Source: a virus. Taken from it: a DNA stretch of 64,000 nt. This document shows positions 53,264-63,030 of the stretch, in pieces. The translations under genes and the position numbers were made by a program. The notes beneath the pieces were generated by a model, which made no database searches, had not been told where the DNA came from, and was given only the letters and a program-made list of their open reading frames with translations. How positions within the stretch are numbered: position 1 is the stretch's first letter; every line of letters begins with the position of its first letter. Where the stretch lies: the IMG/VR virus record IMGVR_UViG_3300042371_000495, positions 3,193 to 67,192 of that record. One strand, written 5' to 3'.

Positions 53264-53843
53264 ATATTTTATTTTTACTAACTAACTTTTTTACACATAT
53301 CCTTTCGTATATATATGGATGTCTATTTCCCAGATTTCTATTATGATTTGGATTAAAATAATAACCGCTTTTAAAGAAATCAAACCCGTAAATATAGATT
53401 TTATAATGCGGAAATAATTTTAAAATTAAAAATATAGTTCTAAAACCTAGTGAAAAATTATTATCATACAAGTCTATGTTATGCGATAGATTAGTTTTAA
53501 AGAAATCGGTTATCTCAATGTCATCATTTCGAGTATGTGTATGAATAACATTCTCTAAGTTTAAATTAACAGTTGGAACTACCCTAGTTTTATCATCTAA
53601 ATTATAATGATTTACTAATATTAATTTTTTGTCTTTATCACCCTCTCTGATATTATAATATATTGTCGATACAATATCTGTTTTACTTCCCGCACATTCT
53701 TTAAACCCAGTAATATTATATTTTCCGACTCTAACTACAGTATTAAACTTATCAATTTTTTCTCCTAATTTTTTATTTAATATTTCGTAAGAATTACCAA
53801 TTATTAAAATGCTTTCATCATAATTAATATTCATTGTTTTCAA
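53250..53843 (-). CDS. GT29 (sialyltransferase-like) glycosyltransferase
   Basis: Sialylmotif L IIGNS..L...LGEKIDKFNTVVR...GSKTD; S-like SLGF...IYGFD; VS-like HPYIYE. Confidence 0.75.
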   Translation of the reverse strand: MKTMNINYDESILIIGNSYEILNKKLGEKIDKFNTVVRVGKYNITGFKECAGSKTDIVSTIYYNIREGDKDKKLILVNHYNLDDKTRVVPTVNLNLENVIHTHTRNDDIEITDFFKTNLSHNIDLYDNNFSLGFRTIFLILKLFPHYKIYIYGFDFFKSGYYFNPNHNRNLGNRHPYIYERICVKKLVSKNKIYELS

Positions 53844-53881
53844 TGATATATTATTGAATTTTATAATGAGCTATTGATATT

Positions 53882-54472
53882 TTAATTATTTAAAAGCTGT
53901 TGAAATGGAGAAGGATTCAACAATGTAGGCCACTTTTGCATAAAATTTTGTAGATCTATTTTAGATAATTCATTTGCGATGAAATCTTTAACGTTGTTTT
54001 CTAAATCACTCTTAGTTGAATTAATTTCTAAAATAACCGTTTCATCATTTTCAGCCGAGATCAATTCATCTAGTATGGAAGTCGCTTTTTTCAATTCAAT
54101 ATTAATCAGATCAACCAATGATTTTTGGAATATTTTAAGAGGGACATCATCTAATACATTGTATTTTGTTATGTTTAAAGCTTTTAAACATTTTAAATTG
54201 ATATATCGACTATACACCCTTTGCAATTTAAATAATTGCTTCTTTTCAGCCTTTGTTAATTGATCATCATTTTTTATAAGCGTCAAATATTTTAAAGTAT
54301 TTTCATACCCGGCATAAGTTAAATTACTAACGCAGTATGCATCTTTCTTTGGAACAATTATCTCAGAATCAGTTAAAATATCTACAAAAATATAATTTTT
54401 ATCATCATTTCTCACATTTGTACCACGGTACAAAATATCTCCATTTTCATTACTAATTTCTATAAATTGCAT
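53882..54472 (-). CDS. Hypothetical protein, possibly tail-fibre assembly chaperone-like
   Basis: Follows the fibre gene; C-terminal WPTLLNPSP; AATAAATA box upstream. Confidence 0.5.
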   Translation of the reverse strand: MQFIEISNENGDILYRGTNVRNDDKNYIFVDILTDSEIIVPKKDAYCVSNLTYAGYENTLKYLTLIKNDDQLTKAEKKQLFKLQRVYSRYINLKCLKALNITKYNVLDDVPLKIFQKSLVDLINIELKKATSILDELISAENDETVILEINSTKSDLENNVKDFIANELSKIDLQNFMQKWPTLLNPSPFQQLLNN

Positions 54473-54484
54473 AATAGATATTTA

Positions 54485-55774
54485 TTAAAAGGTTGTGCTA
54501 GATTCTCGTGGATCAGTAGAATAAGTAATAAAATCACAACCAACTATCCGGCTTATTTTACCGCTACGATGGTCCCTTATCTGAACATGTACGCCACCAT
54601 AATATACATAACTATTAGCGAATGCTATATCCAAATTAGATGCGAGTGTAAATCTTGGTAAAGAATTCAGTGAAACTGGAAGATAGAATTCGGATTGGGT
54701 AATTAAGATTCCATTATAACCTCTTAATTCAACAAAAATCTGATAGGATCCATCCACAGCGTAAAACCCGGCGCCAGCTAAATCAGTTAATTCCAAATCC
54801 ACATAAGCATTATTTCCGGTGAGGTATACTTTTTGCCCCTCGTACCCAGATTCTCCAACAGTCCATACTGTTCCGTGCGGCTGAAACGATCTTCCGGCAT
54901 AGTCATTTGCAAATGCAGCGACTGTTGCCGTTGCTGAATTTCCTGTACAAGAAGCGGCTGTCGTAGCACTCGTAGCATTTCCAGTGAGGTTACCCGTAAT
55001 AGGACCGGTTGACGTTAATGAAGTACAATTGATAGTTCCACCAGCAATTGTACCAGTAGTGCTTATCGTTCCTGTACCAGCATTCAATGATCCTCCAATA
55101 ATTGCACCAGTTGTGCTAATCGTTCCGCTACTAGCTCCTAATGATCCGCAATAGATTGCACCAGCGGTGCTTATCGTTCCTGTACCAGCATTCAATGATC
55201 CACCCGTAATTTCGCCAGTCGCGGAAATTGCGCCTTGAACCTCAAATGCATTGGTAGTAGCAACTCTATTGATACCTACTCTACCTTGGCCGATAACGAC
55301 GCCGTGCTGGCTATTAGACCATTTTCCGATGATTATATTTTGTGTATCAGAATTCGATGAACCAGCTATGATCGAATAATCACCGGCGGCGACTAAAGGA
55401 TTGAATGATCCAATAGTAGAATTCGGATTAAATCTTAAAATACGGCTTGAACTCGTGATGCTCAATGCCGGAGCAGCGGATGCTGTACTAGCAACATTAA
55501 TCGACGATGACAATCCTGAGGTGAATCCACCTTTTACAATGAATCCGCCAACGGTGCCGTTAGTCGTCACCGTTCCGGTGGTTTGATCCCAGCTTGGGGC
55601 AGGAGGCGCCAACTTGATGGATTGAATAGTGAGATCGGCAATGTCAGCGTTCGTTATGATCGATTTGTAACCCGCGATATGACCATTTGTCTTTTTACGC
55701 CAGACATCAAATGTGTCGGTAATATTTACACCATCTTGCCACGTCGGGTCGATATCGTTCTGAAGGATAGGCAT
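54485..55774 (-). CDS. Tail fibre / baseplate-attached fibre protein
   Basis: N-terminal TDTFDVWRKKTN, GRVGIN, 18-aa repeats GGSLNAGTGTISTxGxI; CATAAATA at 55779-55786. Confidence 0.75.
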   Translation of the reverse strand: MPILQNDIDPTWQDGVNITDTFDVWRKKTNGHIAGYKSIITNADIADLTIQSIKLAPPAPSWDQTTGTVTTNGTVGGFIVKGGFTSGLSSSINVASTASAAPALSITSSSRILRFNPNSTIGSFNPLVAAGDYSIIAGSSNSDTQNIIIGKWSNSQHGVVIGQGRVGINRVATTNAFEVQGAISATGEITGGSLNAGTGTISTAGAIYCGSLGASSGTISTTGAIIGGSLNAGTGTISTTGTIAGGTINCTSLTSTGPITGNLTGNATSATTAASCTGNSATATVAAFANDYAGRSFQPHGTVWTVGESGYEGQKVYLTGNNAYVDLELTDLAGAGFYAVDGSYQIFVELRGYNGILITQSEFYLPVSLNSLPRFTLASNLDIAFANSYVYYGGVHVQIRDHRSGKISRIVGCDFITYSTDPRESSTTF

Positions 55775-55783
55775 ATACTATAT

Positions 55784-56014
55784 TTATGGTTGATTCGTTG
55801 AAGCAGACACGATCTGGGCAACTAATTCCTTTAGCGCCGCGATTTCTTCTTCAAGTGAAACGATACGTTCTTGTTCTTTCATCTGAGACTGTGTACGTGC
55901 CACGGCCATTGCATATCCGTGCGAATCCCGATTTAGGATCGCACTGGATTGTGTATCACGTTCCAACGAAGGTTCATCTTCCACTTGTATCTTTAATTTT
56001 GATTTACGCGCCAT
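55784..56014 (-). CDS. Conserved small T4-like protein after the large virion protein
   Basis: LERDTQSSAILNRD...Y motif and coiled C-terminus. Confidence 0.7.
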   Translation of the reverse strand: MARKSKLKIQVEDEPSLERDTQSSAILNRDSHGYAMAVARTQSQMKEQERIVSLEEEIAALKELVAQIVSASTNQP

Positions 56015-59000
56015 ATGTTGCTATTGCTCTAAAGTCTTTTACTGATGGGACATTCGCCCCGTTTGTGATTGCCGAGGTAAGTACGATCTTCACGCTGAAT
56101 CGTGAGAATAACCTTCCCGGAGAATATGTATATGATATCTCACTGTAGTTATCAGTATTCGAAGATACCGGCAAGATCGTCGATGGTGATATAAGCGTCC
56201 ATGGTTCGTTGGCATATATCGCTTCGTCTCGAATCTGAGCCTTAACGTATACCGATATATTCTCAGATGCCGTAGGACGATTCGCCGCGATGTATACATT
56301 CAGCTGATTCGCCGAATTATTTAGGTCGACCGTACGGGTGATGTATCTGGCAGAAGCCGCTCCCTTATCCTGAATCTCCTCGTTCGTAACATCTACATTG
56401 ATTTCATTATCGATCAGTAACATCGAGGTTCTATCCGTATCGATGTATGGTGACAAATACTTGGTATCGGTAGCGAGGTATCCAGTAAGAGTGATTCCAT
56501 CTTTAAGCGTAGTAAATCTACGATCAAACTCGATCGTCTCATTGACATTGATATCGTATTCAAATAATTGCGGGCTTGATGGGACCGTGATATCATTGAT
56601 AGATAATTTCCAGAGGATTTCGGTATTATTCTGTACAATGTTCTCGACTGTGGTTCTAAGAGAAGAGAAAGATACTGTCTCTGATGGATTCACCGCATTC
56701 AACGCTTGTAACTTTACTTCCTTGATGGATGCTGATGTATCAAAATCCGCGCGATATATTGTGAATGTGATATCTTTACTTTGATCGGCCGTCCAGGTCG
56801 AACCGTTCTGACTCTTAAACATCACACCGGCATAAGGGTTCTTGGCAATGATCTGTGTGTTTCCAAGAACGACATTTTCTTTTCCGACCTCTGACACGTA
56901 TGTCATATAATCCGAATCATTTGATAATACGACGAATGCATATTCTACACCCGGTTGTAAGTATACTGGAGCGTCGAAGGTAAATGTTGTAGGTAACCAT
57001 TCATTTACATCTAGTGGATTAGCAATCACTACATCAGCAGCATCCTTAGTTATGGAAGAAAACGGAAGGATGTTTTGTGTAGGCATACCATTTTCCATAG
57101 TTACGACATACACCGATACTGGTACACCCTTCGTCGACTTTTTCTTGAAATATAAGTCGAGTTTGGTGATATATGCACCATCAACTTGATTTTTATCAAG
57201 GATAAACGATTGGGCCAATGGATCGTAATAGCATATTTTTGCCCTTTTGGCGGCGCCGAAGTAGCCGATGCCCGGTTTGATGGCGTCCCGCTTGGAGGAG
57301 TAACGAAACCAGTCCGAGGTGTCTATGCGAAAAACGTCTGATTCTGAAACACGGGCGGTATCAAACTTAGCGACGCGCGTCGAGAGGATTGTATTTTCTT
57401 TTGTCTCTAACACACCTGAAGCATAATACTTTGTCTCGGCAGATGTGGTAAAATCGATTTCATCGTTCGAGGGAGAATCGATAAGTTTGAAAGACCTCTC
57501 GCCAGTATTAAACTTAAGTGAACTATGATTCGGAATGATGAAATATCCAGCTGCCTTTCCGGTATCATCTGAGATAATCGGAGTAGATGCGATCAACCCG
57601 AGTGGGTTATCATTACCATCATAGATCGTACTATCTGTCTGATCTTTAAACGGAACGAATGGGACCGCATTGACACCGATTTTAGTAACGGTATAAGCGC
57701 TAACATCGACGCCGTCAAAGAAGGGATAGACGCGGGTCATAGGCTTCAATCGTTCGGCCTTGAAGTAAACCTTACGTGAACGAATGAAAGGAACGTAACT
57801 GATGTCGACTACCTTTTCACCAAAGCTTTGGGTATTGTCAGTATATGACAGCGTCGTACGAGTACCATCACGAATACCTGTAATTTTTTTCTTTTTCAGC
57901 CACGACCATGACCACCATTTTTTATTAATTCCAGACCAATTATATTCCCATTCATTCCAGTGATATCCTAAGATACCTGACTCCTCTGCCTTAAGGGCTA
58001 TCGCGTCATATGCCGAGGTATCATTGATAATGACTTCCGGTCTAACGACTGTAGATTTCCATTCATCAGATGAAGGCGAAAGTTCGACTGTGCCATTCCA
58101 GACTTGCATATCAAACGGATTGACGCTTTCGGCATTTGCCGTGGCGAAAGATTGTTTGATTAGTTCGACATTCGTATATGCAATAGACGTCGTATTATCA
58201 TTACTATTTAATAAAGGATTCGTATTGACGCCTGAATCGATTTTGAGGTCGAGGTTTCTCGTGGTATAATACGGACGTAAGATACCGTTGACCTGATCGA
58301 TACTGCACTTATGCCCTACGTTCTCGACGTCGGCGATGTTATGACCAAAGAAACTATCGACTAAAATCCCGTTCTTATATCTTTCGAGTCCACCTGATGT
58401 CAGGATTTGTTTATCTTGAGCAGATTTTTCTAAGAGGGACAGAGAAGTATAGTATTCAATATTGGCCACTCGCTTCTCGATAGCACCGATGTCACGCATG
58501 GTGTATCGCTTATTGTCGACGAAGCTCGGTATGATATCGGCAGTGGAATACGTATAAGCCGGGATATAGAGGCTATATAGACTCATTGAATCTCCGGGAA
58601 TCGCCGGAGCGATAGGATTGATCGATGAAATACCTTCAGCGATATAAATCTGACCCGAACTATTGACTAGGACGTTGTCGATCCGCGGAAGGTAATATTG
58701 AACCGTCGCGACGATCGTCGAGTTTGAGTCGAGACGCACCGCCGAAGCAGGAGAATTATCAAATCTAAAATCGATAGAGTCCGATAAGCGATTACCATTG
58801 AAAAAGGGGATATCCTCTAAATACGAACCGCTATATGAATTGACAATATACGGAAGACCTGTTGCAGCCGTATGAGGGTAATAATTGTATGTGATCGCTA
58901 ACGTTCCAGTAGTCGGCGTAGAAGAAGTATAGACGAGTAGCGGAGCATTAAAATGATTGAGCGACGCGCCATCTTCGATCGAAAATCCGGTCACGATTGA

Positions 59001-61421
59001 ATCCATGGTTCCACCGGTCGTATCTGCTCCGGTTATGTCTATCACCGAACCACCTAAGGTAAGCGACAACTGAAAATCATTTGTATTCTTATTGACGACA
59101 TAGTATGTCACTCCGGTTGATATACCAGTAGCCGTACCGAGCGCTGTGAATAAAACTTTATCTCCGTTTACTAATCCGTGTGTAGCAAGTGTAACTTTGT
59201 TATCGGCAACGACCCAACCGACTGATCTTCCAGTATTTTTCACCAAGACCGAGGAAGCGACGATATCGAGATTGTTTAAAGCGATCATGTTATATGATTT
59301 CATCACGCCTGAATGAGCACCTCCTCCACCCGCATCAACAAGGAGGATAATGGGTCCATCACTGGTCAGAGACAATTGGAAATCACCGGCTGTACGATTT
59401 CTAACATAATATGGTGTATCAATGTAAATTCCTGTCGTATTCGTAGTAATAGAAGTAAATATTACCCTATCACCATTAGAGAGACCATGTGCAGTCAATT
59501 CGACAGTTTCATCGCTCATAGTAAACGTAACTGCTCTACCAGTGAGTGCAGAATATGTGGCCGTAGTCGCCGTCTGTGTCGCAGTTGTCAGCGGTGCTTT
59601 ACTATTAAAGACATTTGTGACTGTATACGGGGCGATTACCGATACATTTTGCGACGTATTTGCAGATGAGCCGTTTATTAATAGCCATACTCCGGTACCA
59701 GCATCTATATAGACGGCAGTAACCGGAATAGGAGAACCGCCGTCATGATCGATGACGATGTAGTCAGTCAACGATTGACTTTCAAATTTTCCTGCAGGAC
59801 CTGAAGTTGGATGCGCGATATTTAACCATTTACCATTAATTGTATTAACTGTCGTAGTCGTGGGGATCCTACTAAAGAATTTACGAACTCCGTATCTCAG
59901 TGATGTGATCGATTTAACAGCATCAAAAGGAAATTTAAAAATATTTGTATTGTTCCCCGAATCGTATAGTGCAAATCCTCCGCTATTCGTGAATCGTGCA
60001 TTTGTCCCAGTAGCGCCATCAAGTGCTAAACATTTGGCTGCTAAGAGATTAAAAGAGTCTTGCAAGACAAGATCGTAGATAAAGATCTGAAATACGGTGG
60101 AACTTATATATTCGATGTTACGAATTTTACAAGTACCGATGAATGTTCCGCTTCCTGCTTCTGTACTATAAAGATTAAAGGTAAGTCCTGCATTACATAT
60201 ATCCGGAAGTTGCGTATTATTCGCAAACGTCATACCTGTAGTGAGGATATAGTTGCCTTGTGCAGCAGTGAAAGAAACATTTTCGACCGATTGGTAACTT
60301 CTGGCTTTACTGCCTGTCAAGTCTTTGCGATCCGTCAAGGCGACGCGATAACCTTTAACATATGCCACGGATGGTTCAATGCCAGCGATATACTTTGATT
60401 TTGATAATCCGACTCGTTCACCTTCAAGGACATTCGGAAATAATGCAGCTAATTCACTCTCGGCGTATTTTCCAAAATTAGAACCAGTGTTATAATGTTC
60501 ACGCATCGCCAATTTGAATGGGCGAACGCTATAGTTACCAGATTCTTCGTATGTACGAGTAGCGAGTATATCATTTAGAGAATTCGCTTCAGAGGTATTT
60601 GCCGCAGGACGAGCCGGCGTAAGTACTTCTGAATCGACGATGATCAACAACTTTGTGAAATCATAATTCGGTTCCTCGGTGACGAGTTTAAGTTCAAGTG
60701 AGATGGCTTGTCGATCCGCACCTGGAGCACTAAAGTTTGGGGAACCAGTAGCATTATCATATAGCGTATTATCAATGAGCGGTGTGACGATCGATTCGGC
60801 AATCTTAAATGCAACGAAACCATTAAAAAGATAATTTTTATCTGGAATCGATAAGAATACTTGTTGAGATTCGTTTAAGACGAATGAACCATTTACGAAG
60901 AAGATACCACTATTCGCGAAAGCACCCACGGCGTATCCAACATTTTGAATAGTACCGATTACATCTGATGAATCATTGACGCTAACGCCTTGTGCTACTA
61001 CAAATACGCTACTTGTCCCATTTAAGGTGTCAGATGTACGATAACGAATGAAAAAACGATAGACATCAGTGGGGGTTGATGTCAGTTGCTCATATCCAAT
61101 AACGTCTGCTTTTACTCCAAACTCGTTGACTATTACGATGATTGACTCGATATTGGTATTAATATCAGTAACCTTGATATCGACCGAACGAATATCTTTA
61201 TTGAACGTGACTAACCCGTCGACGACGGCAGAACCGTTGGTATAAAATGCCGAACCAAACTTATCGAGTTGCGAACGCAACATCGATTGTAGTTGATTCA
61301 ATTCTCTGTTTTGAACACTATATCCCGGTTTGAATAAAATTGATTGATAATTTTTACTCTCGACGGATTGTGTATTAAAATCGTCAAAATACGGAGAAGT
61401 GGCTTGTGTTGTGATTGGCAT
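56004..61421 (-). CDS. Large virion structural protein (DUF4815-type)
   Basis: SPYFDDF...ILFKPGYSVQNRELNQLQS, APGADR, RTYEESGNY, RYTMRDIG..EKR..NIEYYTSLSLLE, DPLAQSF, FKSQNGSTW. Confidence 0.9.
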   Translation of the reverse strand: MPITTQATSPYFDDFNTQSVESKNYQSILFKPGYSVQNRELNQLQSMLRSQLDKFGSAFYTNGSAVVDGLVTFNKDIRSVDIKVTDINTNIESIIVIVNEFGVKADVIGYEQLTSTPTDVYRFFIRYRTSDTLNGTSSVFVVAQGVSVNDSSDVIGTIQNVGYAVGAFANSGIFFVNGSFVLNESQQVFLSIPDKNYLFNGFVAFKIAESIVTPLIDNTLYDNATGSPNFSAPGADRQAISLELKLVTEEPNYDFTKLLIIVDSEVLTPARPAANTSEANSLNDILATRTYEESGNYSVRPFKLAMREHYNTGSNFGKYAESELAALFPNVLEGERVGLSKSKYIAGIEPSVAYVKGYRVALTDRKDLTGSKARSYQSVENVSFTAAQGNYILTTGMTFANNTQLPDICNAGLTFNLYSTEAGSGTFIGTCKIRNIEYISSTVFQIFIYDLVLQDSFNLLAAKCLALDGATGTNARFTNSGGFALYDSGNNTNIFKFPFDAVKSITSLRYGVRKFFSRIPTTTTVNTINGKWLNIAHPTSGPAGKFESQSLTDYIVIDHDGGSPIPVTAVYIDAGTGVWLLINGSSANTSQNVSVIAPYTVTNVFNSKAPLTTATQTATTATYSALTGRAVTFTMSDETVELTAHGLSNGDRVIFTSITTNTTGIYIDTPYYVRNRTAGDFQLSLTSDGPIILLVDAGGGGAHSGVMKSYNMIALNNLDIVASSVLVKNTGRSVGWVVADNKVTLATHGLVNGDKVLFTALGTATGISTGVTYYVVNKNTNDFQLSLTLGGSVIDITGADTTGGTMDSIVTGFSIEDGASLNHFNAPLLVYTSSTPTTGTLAITYNYYPHTAATGLPYIVNSYSGSYLEDIPFFNGNRLSDSIDFRFDNSPASAVRLDSNSTIVATVQYYLPRIDNVLVNSSGQIYIAEGISSINPIAPAIPGDSMSLYSLYIPAYTYSTADIIPSFVDNKRYTMRDIGAIEKRVANIEYYTSLSLLEKSAQDKQILTSGGLERYKNGILVDSFFGHNIADVENVGHKCSIDQVNGILRPYYTTRNLDLKIDSGVNTNPLLNSNDNTTSIAYTNVELIKQSFATANAESVNPFDMQVWNGTVELSPSSDEWKSTVVRPEVIINDTSAYDAIALKAEESGILGYHWNEWEYNWSGINKKWWSWSWLKKKKITGIRDGTRTTLSYTDNTQSFGEKVVDISYVPFIRSRKVYFKAERLKPMTRVYPFFDGVDVSAYTVTKIGVNAVPFVPFKDQTDSTIYDGNDNPLGLIASTPIISDDTGKAAGYFIIPNHSSLKFNTGERSFKLIDSPSNDEIDFTTSAETKYYASGVLETKENTILSTRVAKFDTARVSESDVFRIDTSDWFRYSSKRDAIKPGIGYFGAAKRAKICYYDPLAQSFILDKNQVDGAYITKLDLYFKKKSTKGVPVSVYVVTMENGMPTQNILPFSSITKDAADVVIANPLDVNEWLPTTFTFDAPVYLQPGVEYAFVVLSNDSDYMTYVSEVGKENVVLGNTQIIAKNPYAGVMFKSQNGSTWTADQSKDITFTIYRADFDTSASIKEVKLQALNAVNPSETVSFSSLRTTVENIVQNNTEILWKLSINDITVPSSPQLFEYDINVNETIEFDRRFTTLKDGITLTGYLATDTKYLSPYIDTDRTSMLLIDNEINVDVTNEEIQDKGAASARYITRTVDLNNSANQLNVYIAANRPTASENISVYVKAQIRDEAIYANEPWTLISPSTILPVSSNTDNYSEISYTYSPGRLFSRFSVKIVLTSAITNGANVPSVKDFRAIATYGA

Positions 61422-61423
61422 TA

Positions 61424-62845
61424 TTAAAATTGAATTACGAGTTTAATTTCTTCCTTCTGATTTTCATTTCGCGAGATCGGTCTTCTATTTTCTAAGAAAA
61501 GAACCTCTCCGGTATTATGTATATATTCAGATTCATTTACGATCGAATATGTGTATGACGTGCCAATATCAGTGCCGATATATATCGATCCGCTGGTAGC
61601 AAATTGTGCGTAATTGACTTGTGCGGAATCATTTTGATGATAGTATAATCTACCTATTCCGGTCGAACTATTGTATATGTAGGAATTAAAAAATGCTCGG
61701 GCAGTTATGCCTGTGCCAGTCTGAGTAACGGTATCACCTACGCTGGCATTTATGCTCGACTGACTACCGGTGATAGTCAAATATTTCAGGGCATCCGCCG
61801 ACACCACTTCATCCGGACTCACCGAAGTTATAGTTGGATTTTTAATAACAGATATTTGGCGATATGATAACAACTGAGCATCGGCATCGATATCAGTTAA
61901 ACCGCCATTTAGTAATTTTCCGTCAAAGTTAGCGGCAAGACCTAAAAACCATGTAGGAAGATTATTCAAGATTGTGGGTCCAAATCCATCGATCGGCGCG
62001 ATATTTGGTATGATGACTGCTCCGGTACCTCCGCCTGTCGTCGAAAATCTTACGCTGGCGTTATTAAATCCAGTAGTAGCATTAGTGTTAGTGAACGTTA
62101 CGCCGGTGATAGCATTTCCGGTACGAGTAATCGTTAATGGAATAGGCGTAGAGGTACCATCTCCTACTAAGACAGCAGTGGGGTTAGACGTATAACCTGT
62201 TCCACCTGATTGAATCGTGAATCCATATACGTGACCTTTCGTAGCATTATTTGCGGTCTGGCCGCCTCCACTTGAATATTGAGTATCATCAAGCTTTACG
62301 GCAATGAATTGATCGGTATTAAAAGGAGCATCGTTAATGGATTCAATGTTGGCGATAGCGATCCATGTATATCCAGTCGCTGCAGTATACTTAGTATATA
62401 ATAATTGCGAACTCGGAATGTTATTAAGTGTAGAACCATCAGATAAAAGGCATAACCAGATTTTTGAATCGGCTATGGCATAACATGGATATGTAGTCTC
62501 TGCGCCTACTGTCGTAGGAGTAAAACAAGTATTATCGTTTGCAGCATATGGTTTATGCTTATTTCCGAGTTTCCAGGCGACATTAGGGATAATGATACGG
62601 CTTTTGCTTGAATCCAATTTAAGAAGAGAGATTAGGTTATTTCTAACTTCTTTCATTTCCGAGAGTGAACCGACCGGGAGTGGTGCCGAGAAAGTAGGAG
62701 CAGTCTCCTCAAGTTCACCGTTTGCGGGCCAAGCGTCCGTTTTTCCGATACCGATGTAGTATATACTTCCTTCTGATCCCAATATGTCTGCTAAGACTGA
62801 GGAAGCAGAATTTCTTCTAAATTGATCTGTGATGATAGCAGCCAT
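61424..62845 (-). CDS. gp8: Baseplate wedge subunit
   Basis: MAAIITDQFR, YYIGIGK..AW, YRQISVIKNP, GEVLFLENRRPISR..NQKEEIKLVIQF. Confidence 0.88.
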   Translation of the reverse strand: MAAIITDQFRRNSASSVLADILGSEGSIYYIGIGKTDAWPANGELEETAPTFSAPLPVGSLSEMKEVRNNLISLLKLDSSKSRIIIPNVAWKLGNKHKPYAANDNTCFTPTTVGAETTYPCYAIADSKIWLCLLSDGSTLNNIPSSQLLYTKYTAATGYTWIAIANIESINDAPFNTDQFIAVKLDDTQYSSGGGQTANNATKGHVYGFTIQSGGTGYTSNPTAVLVGDGTSTPIPLTITRTGNAITGVTFTNTNATTGFNNASVRFSTTGGGTGAVIIPNIAPIDGFGPTILNNLPTWFLGLAANFDGKLLNGGLTDIDADAQLLSYRQISVIKNPTITSVSPDEVVSADALKYLTITGSQSSINASVGDTVTQTGTGITARAFFNSYIYNSSTGIGRLYYHQNDSAQVNYAQFATSGSIYIGTDIGTSYTYSIVNESEYIHNTGEVLFLENRRPISRNENQKEEIKLVIQF

Positions 62846-63030
62846 TTTTATTTATTCCGTGTAGTGGTTATGATTATTTATGCCGAATGTTTTTAAGAAA
62901 AACCCGCATTTCCTCTTCAACAATTTTATTAGCAACAAGAATTTTGTCAGCAACATTTGTATTACTGATTCTATTTATGGTTGAATATAGCCAATTTAAT
63001 TGGATAATACGTTTAAAGTGTATCTTAATA

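Noticed and set aside
48417-54472. Classical RiPP cluster with a small precursor peptide
   Set aside because: No short precursor ORF, RRE/PqqD domain, protease or exporter recognised; genes are packed with almost no gaps
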